From a virus (lineage: Duplodnaviria > Caudoviricetes): 32,006 nt of DNA. Position 1 is the first letter of the stretch. Every line of letters starts with the position of its first letter. The notes beneath the pieces are model-generated. The model was not told the origin of the DNA and made no database searches. It was given only the letters and a program-made list of their open reading frames with translations. The stretch lies in IMG/VR virus record IMGVR_UViG_3300025382_000030, positions 1 through 32,006 of that record; one strand, 5' to 3'. This document shows, piece after piece, positions 17,972 through 27,141 of the stretch. A program made the position numbers and the translations under genes.

Positions 17972-19803
17972 ACTAGTTGATCTATAATATTAATTGAAAT
18001 ATCTGGTGGATCTATAAGAAGAATTTTAGTTTTATCAACAATAACATCTTTATTCATTGGAACCATATGAATAGAAATATATTGATTATAATATGATGTT
18101 AGTAAATTATTAATAATAACATTACCTGTCATATAATCAATCGTTCCAATTTGACTATTAACCACAACAAATTTTCCATTAATATCAGTAAATACAACAA
18201 GATTTCCAACATTATCGTCTCTTATACGACAATTTTCATAAGAATTTCCGTTTGGATCAATATAAGTAAATGATGTTGACGTAATTACTGGTTCATCAGA
18301 AAAAGCAACATATGCATTATATCCTATAGTTGGGTCAAAGTCTTCAATATTTGCAGAATTATTAAAACTAAATGTATATGAAGTTGAATAATTAAGAAGT
18401 GGTGATAATCTTTTTGTTATATAAACGTCTGTTTGGTTTGAAACAATACTTGGTTCAGAATTATCAATAACATTAACAAATCTACTATATCTAAAATCAC
18501 TGTTAAAGTGTTCTAAATATGTTGCTGAAAAGTTTTCAATGTTGTTTACAACAATATTTTGAATATCATTTATGAATAGTGAAGTTTTAGTACTATCATA
18601 TTGAATAGTACTATTAATTGTAAGATAAAGATAATCAGGATTTTGGATAATAATTCTCATTTGAGATTTATCTAAAAGATAATTAATTATTTGGCTTTTT
18701 AAATATTCAGGAATAGTAGTTCCACCATATGGTTTAATAGATAATACTACTGCTCCATATTGTTTTGGCTCAACTTGTTGACCACCAAATACGTTAATAT
18801 CTTCAATATAAGACCCAAACTCAGCAAGAACTAGAGATTTATAATCATCATTAGATACACCACGTTCCTGAGTCGCATACCATCTTGGTGCTCTAAATCT
18901 TATTGTTTCTATATCCTCTCCAAGAGAACCAGAAGTAGAGTTTCCTTGAGCAGTTAAAGATGTCACATTTACACGACCACTATTTACAGTATCCAAAGAC
19001 TGTGAAAGTTGAAAAATTCCAACACCATCAGCCACTGGTCCATTACATATTCTATAACTAGCATTAATGACAGAACCATTTTGTGGTCTTCTACCAAAAG
19101 TATTATCACCAAATACTATTTCATAATTGTTGTTCTGTGATGCTTGAATAAAATATACAGTTGAGTTAGCATTTAAACCATAAAGATTAGTAACATGAGA
19201 AAATAAAGTATTTGTTTGACTATTATTTTCAATCACATTAATTGTAAGTGAATTTAGATCAACATTAGGATTAGTTAAAATGAATCTTTGATTCTCAATA
19301 CTATAATCAGTCACAAAAGATTGGCTAGTATAACTTCCTTCATATAATTCCACATTATTAGCATAAAAAGTAGAATTACCAGAAGTATAGACTGCATTAA
19401 ATGAAGTAACAAATGTATAGGTACCGTTTGAATTGATTCCTGAAAAAATTGTACCTTTTGGAATAGTTAATTTACCATTGGTAATACCAGCGGTCTCAAA
19501 TATAATATCAACATTTGCTGTTGATGATCTATATGATTCAGGCACGTAATTTAATTCTTTGGCGTGAGAAACAACTGAATCATATTTTTGAGCAGAATCC
19601 AAAAACATCTCAGAAGCTACCATATTTAAGTAAAATGAATTCAAAAATGTATTGTATGACATAACATCCAACAGAACATTGATGTTTGAACCATCAAAAT
19701 TATAATCTTTGAAGGTGTTCTGTGATTTTAAAAATGTAACGAAATTGCTCTTGAGAGTATCAAAATCTAAGGATGTTAGGTCTAGTGAACTATTAGCTGC
19801 CAT
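17968..19803 (-). CDS. gp6: Baseplate wedge subunit gp6
   Basis: LDFDTLK..F.DYNFDGS...LLDV..YNT...NM..SEMFLDSA...SVVSHAK.LNY.P; YEIVFGD..FGR; AP....Q.R.V...DY. Confidence 0.93.
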   Translation of the reverse strand: MAANSSLDLTSLDFDTLKSNFVTFLKSQNTFKDYNFDGSNINVLLDVMSYNTFLNSFYLNMVASEMFLDSAQKYDSVVSHAKELNYVPESYRSSTANVDIIFETAGITNGKLTIPKGTIFSGINSNGTYTFVTSFNAVYTSGNSTFYANNVELYEGSYTSQSFVTDYSIENQRFILTNPNVDLNSLTINVIENNSQTNTLFSHVTNLYGLNANSTVYFIQASQNNNYEIVFGDNTFGRRPQNGSVINASYRICNGPVADGVGIFQLSQSLDTVNSGRVNVTSLTAQGNSTSGSLGEDIETIRFRAPRWYATQERGVSNDDYKSLVLAEFGSYIEDINVFGGQQVEPKQYGAVVLSIKPYGGTTIPEYLKSQIINYLLDKSQMRIIIQNPDYLYLTINSTIQYDSTKTSLFINDIQNIVVNNIENFSATYLEHFNSDFRYSRFVNVIDNSEPSIVSNQTDVYITKRLSPLLNYSTSYTFSFNNSANIEDFDPTIGYNAYVAFSDEPVITSTSFTYIDPNGNSYENCRIRDDNVGNLVVFTDINGKFVVVNSQIGTIDYMTGNVIINNLLTSYYNQYISIHMVPMNKDVIVDKTKILLIDPPDISINIIDQLV

Positions 19804-19841
19804 AAGATATTATTGCCTTTTATTTGATTATTGCAGTCATT

Positions 19842-19853
19842 TATTTATTTAGG
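19842..19853 (-). promoter_or_regulatory. Possible late promoter (CCTAAATAAATA) upstream of gp6
   Basis: Tandem TAAATA cores in the 56-nt intergenic gap. Confidence 0.45.
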
Positions 19854-19859
19854 TCTTGA

Positions 19860-20285
19860 TTATCTAACCCTGCGCAAGTTTAGTGTTAAATCAATAGGAT
19901 TTGGATTGTTTATTACATAAAAAAGAACATTTATATTTAAATATTGTTGATCATTCGAAAAAACGACATCAACTGAAATATTGTTTGCTCTTGGCTCATA
20001 AAATTTTATTGTATTTTCTATATTTGTCTTGAGAACTGATGTTGTCAAAACATCATTAGGCTCAAAAAGAGACTTACTAACATCAGAACCAATATTAGGT
20101 TGATATAACCTTTCTCCAATATTTGTTAAAACAAGATTTTTAATGGCTTGTCTGACAGAATTTTCATTTGTGACTTTAGCCAAAGTGCCACCAACAGGAG
20201 AAACAGCAAAAGAATCAAGAAAATCAGAATATATTTCTTTCTTTTTTTGTAATTGAGTTATAGTATCTGCTCTTGAAACTGTCAT
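19860..20285 (-). CDS. gp25: Baseplate wedge subunit gp25 (sheath initiator)
   Basis: YSDF...SVRQAIKNLVLT..GER.YQPNIGS...LFE...I..YEPR...L.R.R. Confidence 0.93.
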   Translation of the reverse strand: MTVSRADTITQLQKKKEIYSDFLDSFAVSPVGGTLAKVTNENSVRQAIKNLVLTNIGERLYQPNIGSDVSKSLFEPNDVLTTSVLKTNIENTIKFYEPRANNISVDVVFSNDQQYLNINVLFYVINNPNPIDLTLNLRRVR

Positions 20286-20299
20286 ACGATTACCTTAAA

Positions 20300-22093
20300 T
20301 TAAAAAGATTGAATTAAAGTTCCATTTGAACAATAAATATTAGTATTAGATGCTGTAATATCTACATTTGCAGCTGATATAAATTCTATATTTCCACTAG
20401 ATTGAATATTTATCCCATTTGCTGAAATAGTTATAGAAGAATTTCCAACCATTAAGGTTATAGTAGTATTTGCATTTATTAATATAGTATTAGCGGTTGT
20501 ACTTACTGTTCCATTACTTCCCATATTTGTATTGGCAACAACAACTCCAGAAGAATTTAATGCAGCAATTGTAGTGCCATTATTTGCTAGATTCAAACTA
20601 CCAGAACTATTATTAGAAATATATGCTAATGTATGTTTTTCACCTGGATTATCTGTTGCAGCAATAAGATTAATAGGAACTGTCGGAGTTGATGTCTGTG
20701 CTAATTGAATACCTGTAGAATTAGAATGACAAACAATATAATATGTATTGTCTGATAATGGAGACACAGGTGTGTCTCCCGCTGGAATTGAATAATATAC
20801 ACGCTGATTTAAAGGGAAATATGTACTTGCATTAGATATCCAAATAGTATTAGAATATACATACATTGTATTGGCAGCAAAAGGTTGAGAATAACCAGCA
20901 GGTCCAGATGACATTCCTATAGCACTAACTGTAGAACCACCATTACCAGCGCCAGCAGAACCTCCACCACCGCCACCACCGCCACCGCCTCCTCCTAGAC
21001 CTCCTAGAATGGACATAATATTTCCAAGCATTCCACCAATGCCTATTCCACCAGGACCAACATTTAGACTAATTCCACCTCCTTGAACTATACCAGAACT
21101 AGTTCCTTTTAATATTCCTGTGGATTGTAATAAATTAAGCATAGTTCCACTGGTTAACATATGTTTAATGTCGCCACTTTGTGCTATTTGCATTAAACTT
21201 CCCATTGGACCTGTCATTTGAAAAGGCCCAGTTGGAGTATTTCCAGTTATGCCTTGCATTCCAAGAGCTTTCATAGCAATTCCAGCCATACCTTGAACAT
21301 TAATCATTCCTGGTAAACTAATACCTCTTTTTGCTGTTGCAGGTTGGTTTCGTGATGCACTTACTGTCTGACCAGCAATAATAGAAATTGATTTAGTTGC
21401 CTCTTTAAGTATGTTTGATTGTGATAAAATATTAGTATCACTGCTAGAATGAGTGGTAATAGTATCATCTGATTTTGCTAGCATTGATTGTTTGGAATAT
21501 AATCTTGCTTTTTTATCAGTTTGAGTATCCCAATTTCCTTGAGCATAATGACCAGATTCTCCTTGTACAACACCATAATAGTTTCCACCAGCTGACCAAA
21601 CTCTATCGCCTTCTGAATGTTCGTGAATATCACCACCAGAACCTTGTTGTTGAGCATGATCATTAAAATGTCCACCATCAGAAGAATGTTCGGATTGACC
21701 ATTACAATATCTAAACATATTTTCTTTTGCTGCCATTAGATATTGTCCATTCATACCTAATGAAAAATCTTGTGCTACTTCTTGTTGATGACCGCCCCAA
21801 GTATTATGTCTTCCTGATCCAATAACTAAATGATCGTGATCAGCTTCAACACTACTTGTTGAACCCTTTGATACTGAATGATATTGTTCTGCAGAAACAA
21901 CGGTATTTTTTCTTCCGTTTTTATCAACTTCTGTATAAGTTCCACCAGGATGAAAAACTACATGATTTTCTTTATCGGGAGTACTGTCCCAATGTATTTC
22001 ATGACCTCCTAAAGTCTGTGTGACTTGATTATAAGGATATTCAGGCTCCCTCTCACTTTTGGGTGTTCTTTTCTTTTTATTGTCGTCAGCCAT
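20300..22093 (-). CDS. gp5: gp5 C-terminal (needle/beta-helix) part encoded as a separate gene, with Gly/Met-rich and inserted beta domains
   Basis: PEYPYNQVTQT.GGH.I..D.TP..E....H..GTY.E....G is the start of the gp5 C-terminal region; ends in VgrG/gp5-like ITL.VG.SSITI...GI.I repeats. Confidence 0.8.
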   Translation of the reverse strand: MADDNKKKRTPKSEREPEYPYNQVTQTLGGHEIHWDSTPDKENHVVFHPGGTYTEVDKNGRKNTVVSAEQYHSVSKGSTSSVEADHDHLVIGSGRHNTWGGHQQEVAQDFSLGMNGQYLMAAKENMFRYCNGQSEHSSDGGHFNDHAQQQGSGGDIHEHSEGDRVWSAGGNYYGVVQGESGHYAQGNWDTQTDKKARLYSKQSMLAKSDDTITTHSSSDTNILSQSNILKEATKSISIIAGQTVSASRNQPATAKRGISLPGMINVQGMAGIAMKALGMQGITGNTPTGPFQMTGPMGSLMQIAQSGDIKHMLTSGTMLNLLQSTGILKGTSSGIVQGGGISLNVGPGGIGIGGMLGNIMSILGGLGGGGGGGGGGGGSAGAGNGGSTVSAIGMSSGPAGYSQPFAANTMYVYSNTIWISNASTYFPLNQRVYYSIPAGDTPVSPLSDNTYYIVCHSNSTGIQLAQTSTPTVPINLIAATDNPGEKHTLAYISNNSSGSLNLANNGTTIAALNSSGVVVANTNMGSNGTVSTTANTILINANTTITLMVGNSSITISANGINIQSSGNIEFISAANVDITASNTNIYCSNGTLIQSF

Positions 22094-22104
22094 AATTTAA
22101 ACCC

Positions 22105-24045
22105 TTAGATAGTTGAATAGAAACCAGTATTGCTACTGGTATTTGAATATGGAATAGTTGCAATTGAAACAACTGTATTACCATTTTTAGTAATTTGTGT
22201 TGCCTGAGTTGGTGTTTGTTGTGGTTGTGCTTGATTTCCACCACTGCCACCACTTTTATTCATATTCATCATATTCTGAAAGCCCAATAAATTATTTAAT
22301 CCAAGACCTGAGTTTTCATTCTTTTGCATCACAGCTTGTTTTGCCAACTGTTTTTTCTTTCTAAGATTAGCACCTTTTTTCTGGTAATTTTGTAAAGTTT
22401 TTTGCATTTTACCATTATCTAATACAGATTCCATTAAATGTGATTGTTGTGCCAATTGAATAAGCTGTCCCATCATACCTAATAATTGAGACATGGCATT
22501 TCCACCGCCGCCACCTCCACCACCTGCGTTTGGAGTATTCATGTTATTTCCAAGTGCATTTTGTGTTGCTTGAGCAGTAGTCGTATCTCTTAATAGTCCT
22601 AGAAGTCTTAGTAAATCTTCGATAGTTAATCTTCCTTCAGCAATCAATAAAAGAAGTTCATCAATTATCGCAACAATACCAGCATTAATTGCATCATCTT
22701 GTGGTGTTGCTGCATATGGTCTGTTTGCTGGTCTATCACAAAAAATAATCTGACCATCTAGTTGTTCCCATTCCATGTATCCAGGATATGGATCGGTATC
22801 AGTAAAATAAAATATTTGAATAGCTCCTGCAGGAACATTATCAATCGTTCCAACATATTTGCCAGGAAGAGTTACGATATAGTCACCTTCAATAGCAGCA
22901 GGAATATAAGTTGTACCAAAAGTTGTGCTAGTAATTTTTATTGACAAATCTGGCATAACATTATTCATCAAATGTATCAAAGAAGTATATAATGCTTCTC
23001 TGTCTTGTGATGACATGCCACCAATTACATTACTTGGAGTATTAAATCCTTTTAATTGATTTAATATCTCAGCGGCAGTTAATCCGACTTGTGATGGAGT
23101 TACTGGTACATAATTAGCAGGAGTTTGAACATTATTATATGGCGCACCACCACCAGCACCTGTTCCGTTTCCTCCTCCACCAGAACCACTACCCATACCT
23201 CCCATCAAACCACCAAGCATACCTGTCATGCCTGATATGGCTGAAATATCAATACCTAATGTTTGACCAACCATTCCTAGAACATTACCAATACCAAGAT
23301 TACCTGCAATTCCTGAAAACGCACCACCCATTCCCATTCCAGAAAGACCGTTCAATCCTCCCATTCCTGTCATATTTGATACTTGAAGTAATTGCTGAAA
23401 CATTTGTGGTGCTTGTGGAAGAGCGCCACTTTCATTTCCAGAATCTACGTTTAATATTTTTTTCTGAACAGTGCTGTTATCGCCTTTATCAAGAGAACCA
23501 ATAGTTTTTAAATCTGACGTTTTTTTAACATACTTAGTTCTTGACTTATCTAATGGGTCTTCTGCATCATCTTGAGCAACATAATCTTTTTTATTATATT
23601 TGCTTTTTTGTTTTGGATCTTCTTTTTGTTTGTCAATTGTTTTTTTGGCTTGTGTATTGGATTTTTTCTTTCCTTGTGCCGCTAAAGGTACATCAGAGTG
23701 TTTATCATCAATATCGTCTTTTCCACCAGTATTGTCATTTTCATCTTTTAGTTTTCCAGCACGTGCAAATGTACCAAGTATAAGAGGATATTGTTGTGCC
23801 TCATCAAGATACACGCCAAATACTCTTGATCCTGTTAACATACCAGTAGGAGAAGATCCCACTCTATTTGTTGCTGCAGATGTAATATTTTGTAAAGGCA
23901 TACCCCATGGCAAATCATCATCTTTAATATCTTGTTCGTTATCATGACGACCATATACACGTAATTTTACACGTCCAGATTTCCATGGATCGCCATCATG
24001 ATCTCTTACTTCTGCAATAAAAAAGTCAAAAGGATTCTCTGCCAT
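22105..24045 (-). CDS. gp5: gp5 N-terminal OB-fold protein with long low-complexity extension and no lysozyme domain
   Basis: F.AEV...DP..SGRVKLRVYG.H....DDLPW..P...G..V.G..LD...Q.P.ILGT matches the gp5 OB fold; the remainder is K/D-, G/M- and Q-rich. Confidence 0.8.
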   Translation of the reverse strand: MAENPFDFFIAEVRDHDGDPWKSGRVKLRVYGRHDNEQDIKDDDLPWGMPLQNITSAATNRVGSSPTGMLTGSRVFGVYLDEAQQYPLILGTFARAGKLKDENDNTGGKDDIDDKHSDVPLAAQGKKKSNTQAKKTIDKQKEDPKQKSKYNKKDYVAQDDAEDPLDKSRTKYVKKTSDLKTIGSLDKGDNSTVQKKILNVDSGNESGALPQAPQMFQQLLQVSNMTGMGGLNGLSGMGMGGAFSGIAGNLGIGNVLGMVGQTLGIDISAISGMTGMLGGLMGGMGSGSGGGGNGTGAGGGAPYNNVQTPANYVPVTPSQVGLTAAEILNQLKGFNTPSNVIGGMSSQDREALYTSLIHLMNNVMPDLSIKITSTTFGTTYIPAAIEGDYIVTLPGKYVGTIDNVPAGAIQIFYFTDTDPYPGYMEWEQLDGQIIFCDRPANRPYAATPQDDAINAGIVAIIDELLLLIAEGRLTIEDLLRLLGLLRDTTTAQATQNALGNNMNTPNAGGGGGGGGNAMSQLLGMMGQLIQLAQQSHLMESVLDNGKMQKTLQNYQKKGANLRKKKQLAKQAVMQKNENSGLGLNNLLGFQNMMNMNKSGGSGGNQAQPQQTPTQATQITKNGNTVVSIATIPYSNTSSNTGFYSTI

Positions 24046-24113
24046 TAATCTATACCTTTATAACCCTTAGAATATGATGTTTTACCTTTATATGGACCAC
24101 GTTTTTTTCCTTA

Positions 24114-25343
24114 TTATACTGATTCAGAATATCCGGCTTTTACAAACTCTACTATCATTGTATATGGCCCAGGCACTTCGTTAGGTAAACCAAAAGAATG
24201 TCTTAAATTCACAATTAAAACATCTTGTGTAATTTGTTTTGATTCATTACCATCATCAGACTGGCTGCTAATTTCAATTTTAATTACATCACCAACTTTT
24301 AAATTAGGATTTCCATGTATTTTCATGGTTCCTCTATCATTTAAAAGTCTTGCCATATAAGCAGCTTTTTTAGATCTCATATCAGCAATTTTAGTTCTAT
24401 CTTTGTCATTGGCCTTATCAATAATAGTATGTCTCCAAGGCTTCTTATCTTTTTCAACTTGATCCCATTCTGCTTTACGTACTGGAGACTGACCTAAATA
24501 TTTAAATTCTTGTTCCAAGTCTTTATATTTAATTTCTTTGGATTGCTGTCTTCCCGAAGCAGTACAATATGTACTTTGATTTGTTGCTGATGACCATCTT
24601 GGTAGTGTGTTAAAGGTTTGTGGAAGATTCAATTCAATCATGTTCCACATATCATCGCCAGTTGTACTTGACTGATAACCCATTACAGGATTTTGTTTGT
24701 ATGTCTGTCCTGAACCGCCCTTCTGACTCATCAATTTTTCAAAAGTAACAAATCTAAATTTTTGATCTCCACCGTCATCTCTTGTTTCAAATAAAGTATA
24801 TGCAGACGATTTATTTTGTCTTGAAACATGTCTATTTTTTAAAAGATCTAATACTTTATGTGGTGGATTGTTATTCCCATTGAATTTTACTTTTGAATCT
24901 GTTCCTTCAGAATCAACTTGCTTTTCACTTTTAAAATAATCTTTTACGATATCTTTTACAATTTTATCAGATTGATCGTTCCAACTTTTTGATACAGAAG
25001 TTGATTGTGCATTTAATAATTCTGGTGAACACATATGAAAACGATATGTTTTTGCTTTTAATGCACCTTGATGTCTCATGTCAGTATTTTGTAATGTCTT
25101 AAATTTAAAGTTTGCAGTATTCTGACCGCCTGGAACTTCAATACTTATTTGAACATCTTCATCACCAGAAAACATATATTTACCAAGAGAATCATCTGGA
25201 TCAAATACAGTAACATCAGCATATGTATGATGATCAACACAGCTTTCATAAATATTGCAACTCATTATACGAAGATTACCTTGCGTAAGATCAGCTTCTC
25301 CTATTTTGAATTGCTGAAAACTATAATCACCAGCTCTTGACAT
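24114..25343 (-). CDS. Baseplate hub protein, gp27/gpD-like
   Basis: Positioned between gp53 and gp5; NIYES, LFET...F.F.TFE.L and IHGN..LKVGDVI.I...LI..LRH motifs of hub proteins. Confidence 0.7.
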   Translation of the reverse strand: MSRAGDYSFQQFKIGEADLTQGNLRIMSCNIYESCVDHHTYADVTVFDPDDSLGKYMFSGDEDVQISIEVPGGQNTANFKFKTLQNTDMRHQGALKAKTYRFHMCSPELLNAQSTSVSKSWNDQSDKIVKDIVKDYFKSEKQVDSEGTDSKVKFNGNNNPPHKVLDLLKNRHVSRQNKSSAYTLFETRDDGGDQKFRFVTFEKLMSQKGGSGQTYKQNPVMGYQSSTTGDDMWNMIELNLPQTFNTLPRWSSATNQSTYCTASGRQQSKEIKYKDLEQEFKYLGQSPVRKAEWDQVEKDKKPWRHTIIDKANDKDRTKIADMRSKKAAYMARLLNDRGTMKIHGNPNLKVGDVIKIEISSQSDDGNESKQITQDVLIVNLRHSFGLPNEVPGPYTMIVEFVKAGYSESV

Positions 25344-25344
25344 A

Positions 25345-26331
25345 TTACTTTAATAATCCATTTAATAAATTTGACATTTTTTTGGCATATGGTTGATCAA
25401 GAACTTGAATTGACTTGTTTGATTCATTTTTTTCAACCTCATAATCAAAATGATATACAGGAGAAAAATATATTTCTTCTTCTGGAAGAAAATTATTGGC
25501 ATATGAATCAGCCGCAGTAAAATTAATTTTCAAGTTACTTTCATGAGCATACAAAAAACTATTAGAAGTTATGGCAACAGTAGTATTTGCTAAAGTTGTT
25601 CCAGAAGTATGCTGTAAATAGACATTTTGTTTTCTTACATAACCATCTTGTTGGTTATTTATGTCGTAATATGGCTCCCAGTAACCTTTATTAGTGGCAC
25701 TCAAAGCATTATACTGAATAAGAGTTATACGATCTGTGTTATTGACAAAATTAACAACCTGTCCTTTGCCAGTATTAATTCCATCAAAGTTAATATCACA
25801 AATTTCGTCTCTGATAAATTGAATATTATTGTTTACTGCATATGCTCTAATATTATTAGTATTAACAATTGTATCAGTTTTTCTTCTTGTGTAACCAATA
25901 AGATTACCAGCAACTCCATATTGTTCTTCCCAATAATGATTTAAAGTTGCTGGTAATGAATCGTAATAACTAACAGATATAGAATTTGAAGTTGCCCAAT
26001 TATTTCTATAGTATTTAACTTTAGATTGAGCCATTTCAATTGAACCATATTTTTTTACTATAAAAGAATAAAATTGATCCTGAGTCAAATACCATTCATA
26101 ATATGGATCTGTGATCTGATTGGTCATATAAAGTAACCAAGTATAATATTGATCATTATAATAACGATATGCAAATTGATCTGGTCTTTCGTAATGATCC
26201 AAATCATATGGATAAAAAACATAAGGATTCTTCAGAGTGTTATCAGTGAAAATAACACGCTCTGTTATATCTTTAGCCTGAGTATTTGCATAAGTAATAG
26301 TAGGAAAATTATCGAAATATTTAGTTGACAT
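25345..26331 (-). CDS. gp53: Baseplate wedge subunit gp53
   Basis: YF..FP.I.Y, ERPD..AY.YY.D....W.....N.I.DPYY.W, KKYGS and YE...NE..K.I.VL. Confidence 0.88.
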   Translation of the reverse strand: MSTKYFDNFPTITYANTQAKDITERVIFTDNTLKNPYVFYPYDLDHYERPDQFAYRYYNDQYYTWLLYMTNQITDPYYEWYLTQDQFYSFIVKKYGSIEMAQSKVKYYRNNWATSNSISVSYYDSLPATLNHYWEEQYGVAGNLIGYTRRKTDTIVNTNNIRAYAVNNNIQFIRDEICDINFDGINTGKGQVVNFVNNTDRITLIQYNALSATNKGYWEPYYDINNQQDGYVRKQNVYLQHTSGTTLANTTVAITSNSFLYAHESNLKINFTAADSYANNFLPEEEIYFSPVYHFDYEVEKNESNKSIQVLDQPYAKKMSNLLNGLLK

Positions 26332-26340
26332 TTTTATTCC

Positions 26341-27087
26341 TTACATAAGATCACTACGCATCCATAGATCAATTTCTGTCAAGTGAATCTCTAATTTAAC
26401 CGCTGCAGGAGCATATGTAGTGGTAAATGCTGGCATACCTGCACCAGTATAATCAACTGTTATATCTTTAATGGCGCAATATTTAAAATCAAACATATAG
26501 TCATTTGGATGAAAAGCTGGCTTAACTATATTTGGATAGTCCAATAATACAGAACTAGTTTGTGAAATATCTGGTAACATATTTTGTCTAAATTGTTTTA
26601 TTATACTGTTTAATTTATCTGACTCTGATGCTGTTCTTGGCATTAAAGTCCAAGAAAATGTAAATTCTTTATAGTTTGGCTGCTTAAATAACATGATGAG
26701 AAAAGGATTGATAGTCATTCCTGTTTGAGCACCAGCAACAGTTGCGGCTAAACCAGCTGCAGATTCTCCTGCTTTTACTATTGGTGCTCCAAGGCTATTA
26801 ATTACAGAATTTACAGCTGGAATTGCTTTAATAGCTGCTTCTGTTGCACCTAATCCCATTGCAGTTAAACTTGTTGGTTCCCAAACAACAGATGGATGAT
26901 CATTGATTCTATCTGGCATTGGAAGAGCAATTCCTCCTCCAGAAGCACCTCCTGGATTAGCTCCTCCAAATACACTGGATCTTGAGTACTTGCTAAATAA
27001 AAAAGTCATATAGAATCCAATATTTCCAATATCTTCTGGAAATGACATGCTTGAACTAGTAGATCCTGGGGGTCTAGGTTGGGCCAT
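26341..27087 (-). CDS. gp48: Baseplate tail-tube cap gp48-like
   Basis: IALPMP, INP....LF..P..K.FTFSW.L.P....E....I...F, YP and C.I..I.VDYT..G...L.LTEI. Confidence 0.82.
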   Translation of the reverse strand: MAQPRPPGSTSSSMSFPEDIGNIGFYMTFLFSKYSRSSVFGGANPGGASGGGIALPMPDRINDHPSVVWEPTSLTAMGLGATEAAIKAIPAVNSVINSLGAPIVKAGESAAGLAATVAGAQTGMTINPFLIMLFKQPNYKEFTFSWTLMPRTASESDKLNSIIKQFRQNMLPDISQTSSVLLDYPNIVKPAFHPNDYMFDFKYCAIKDITVDYTGAGMPAFTTTYAPAAVKLEIHLTEIDLWMRSDLM

Positions 27088-27113
27088 AAGTAACCTTTAT
27101 GATTGTTTATTAT

Positions 27114-27121
27114 TATTTATA
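27114..27121 (-). promoter_or_regulatory. T4-type late promoter TATAAATA driving the leftward baseplate operon
   Basis: Exact consensus (+ strand tatttata) about 26 nt upstream of the gp48 ATG in the divergent gap. Confidence 0.78.
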
Positions 27122-27141
27122 CAGAATAAGAGAGAAGTTTT

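Noticed and set aside
20300-25343. Bacterial T6SS/eCIS locus (VgrG- and gp25-like genes)
   Set aside because: Head-related gp4 and gp2, T4 late promoters and T4-type wedge genes indicate a true phage.
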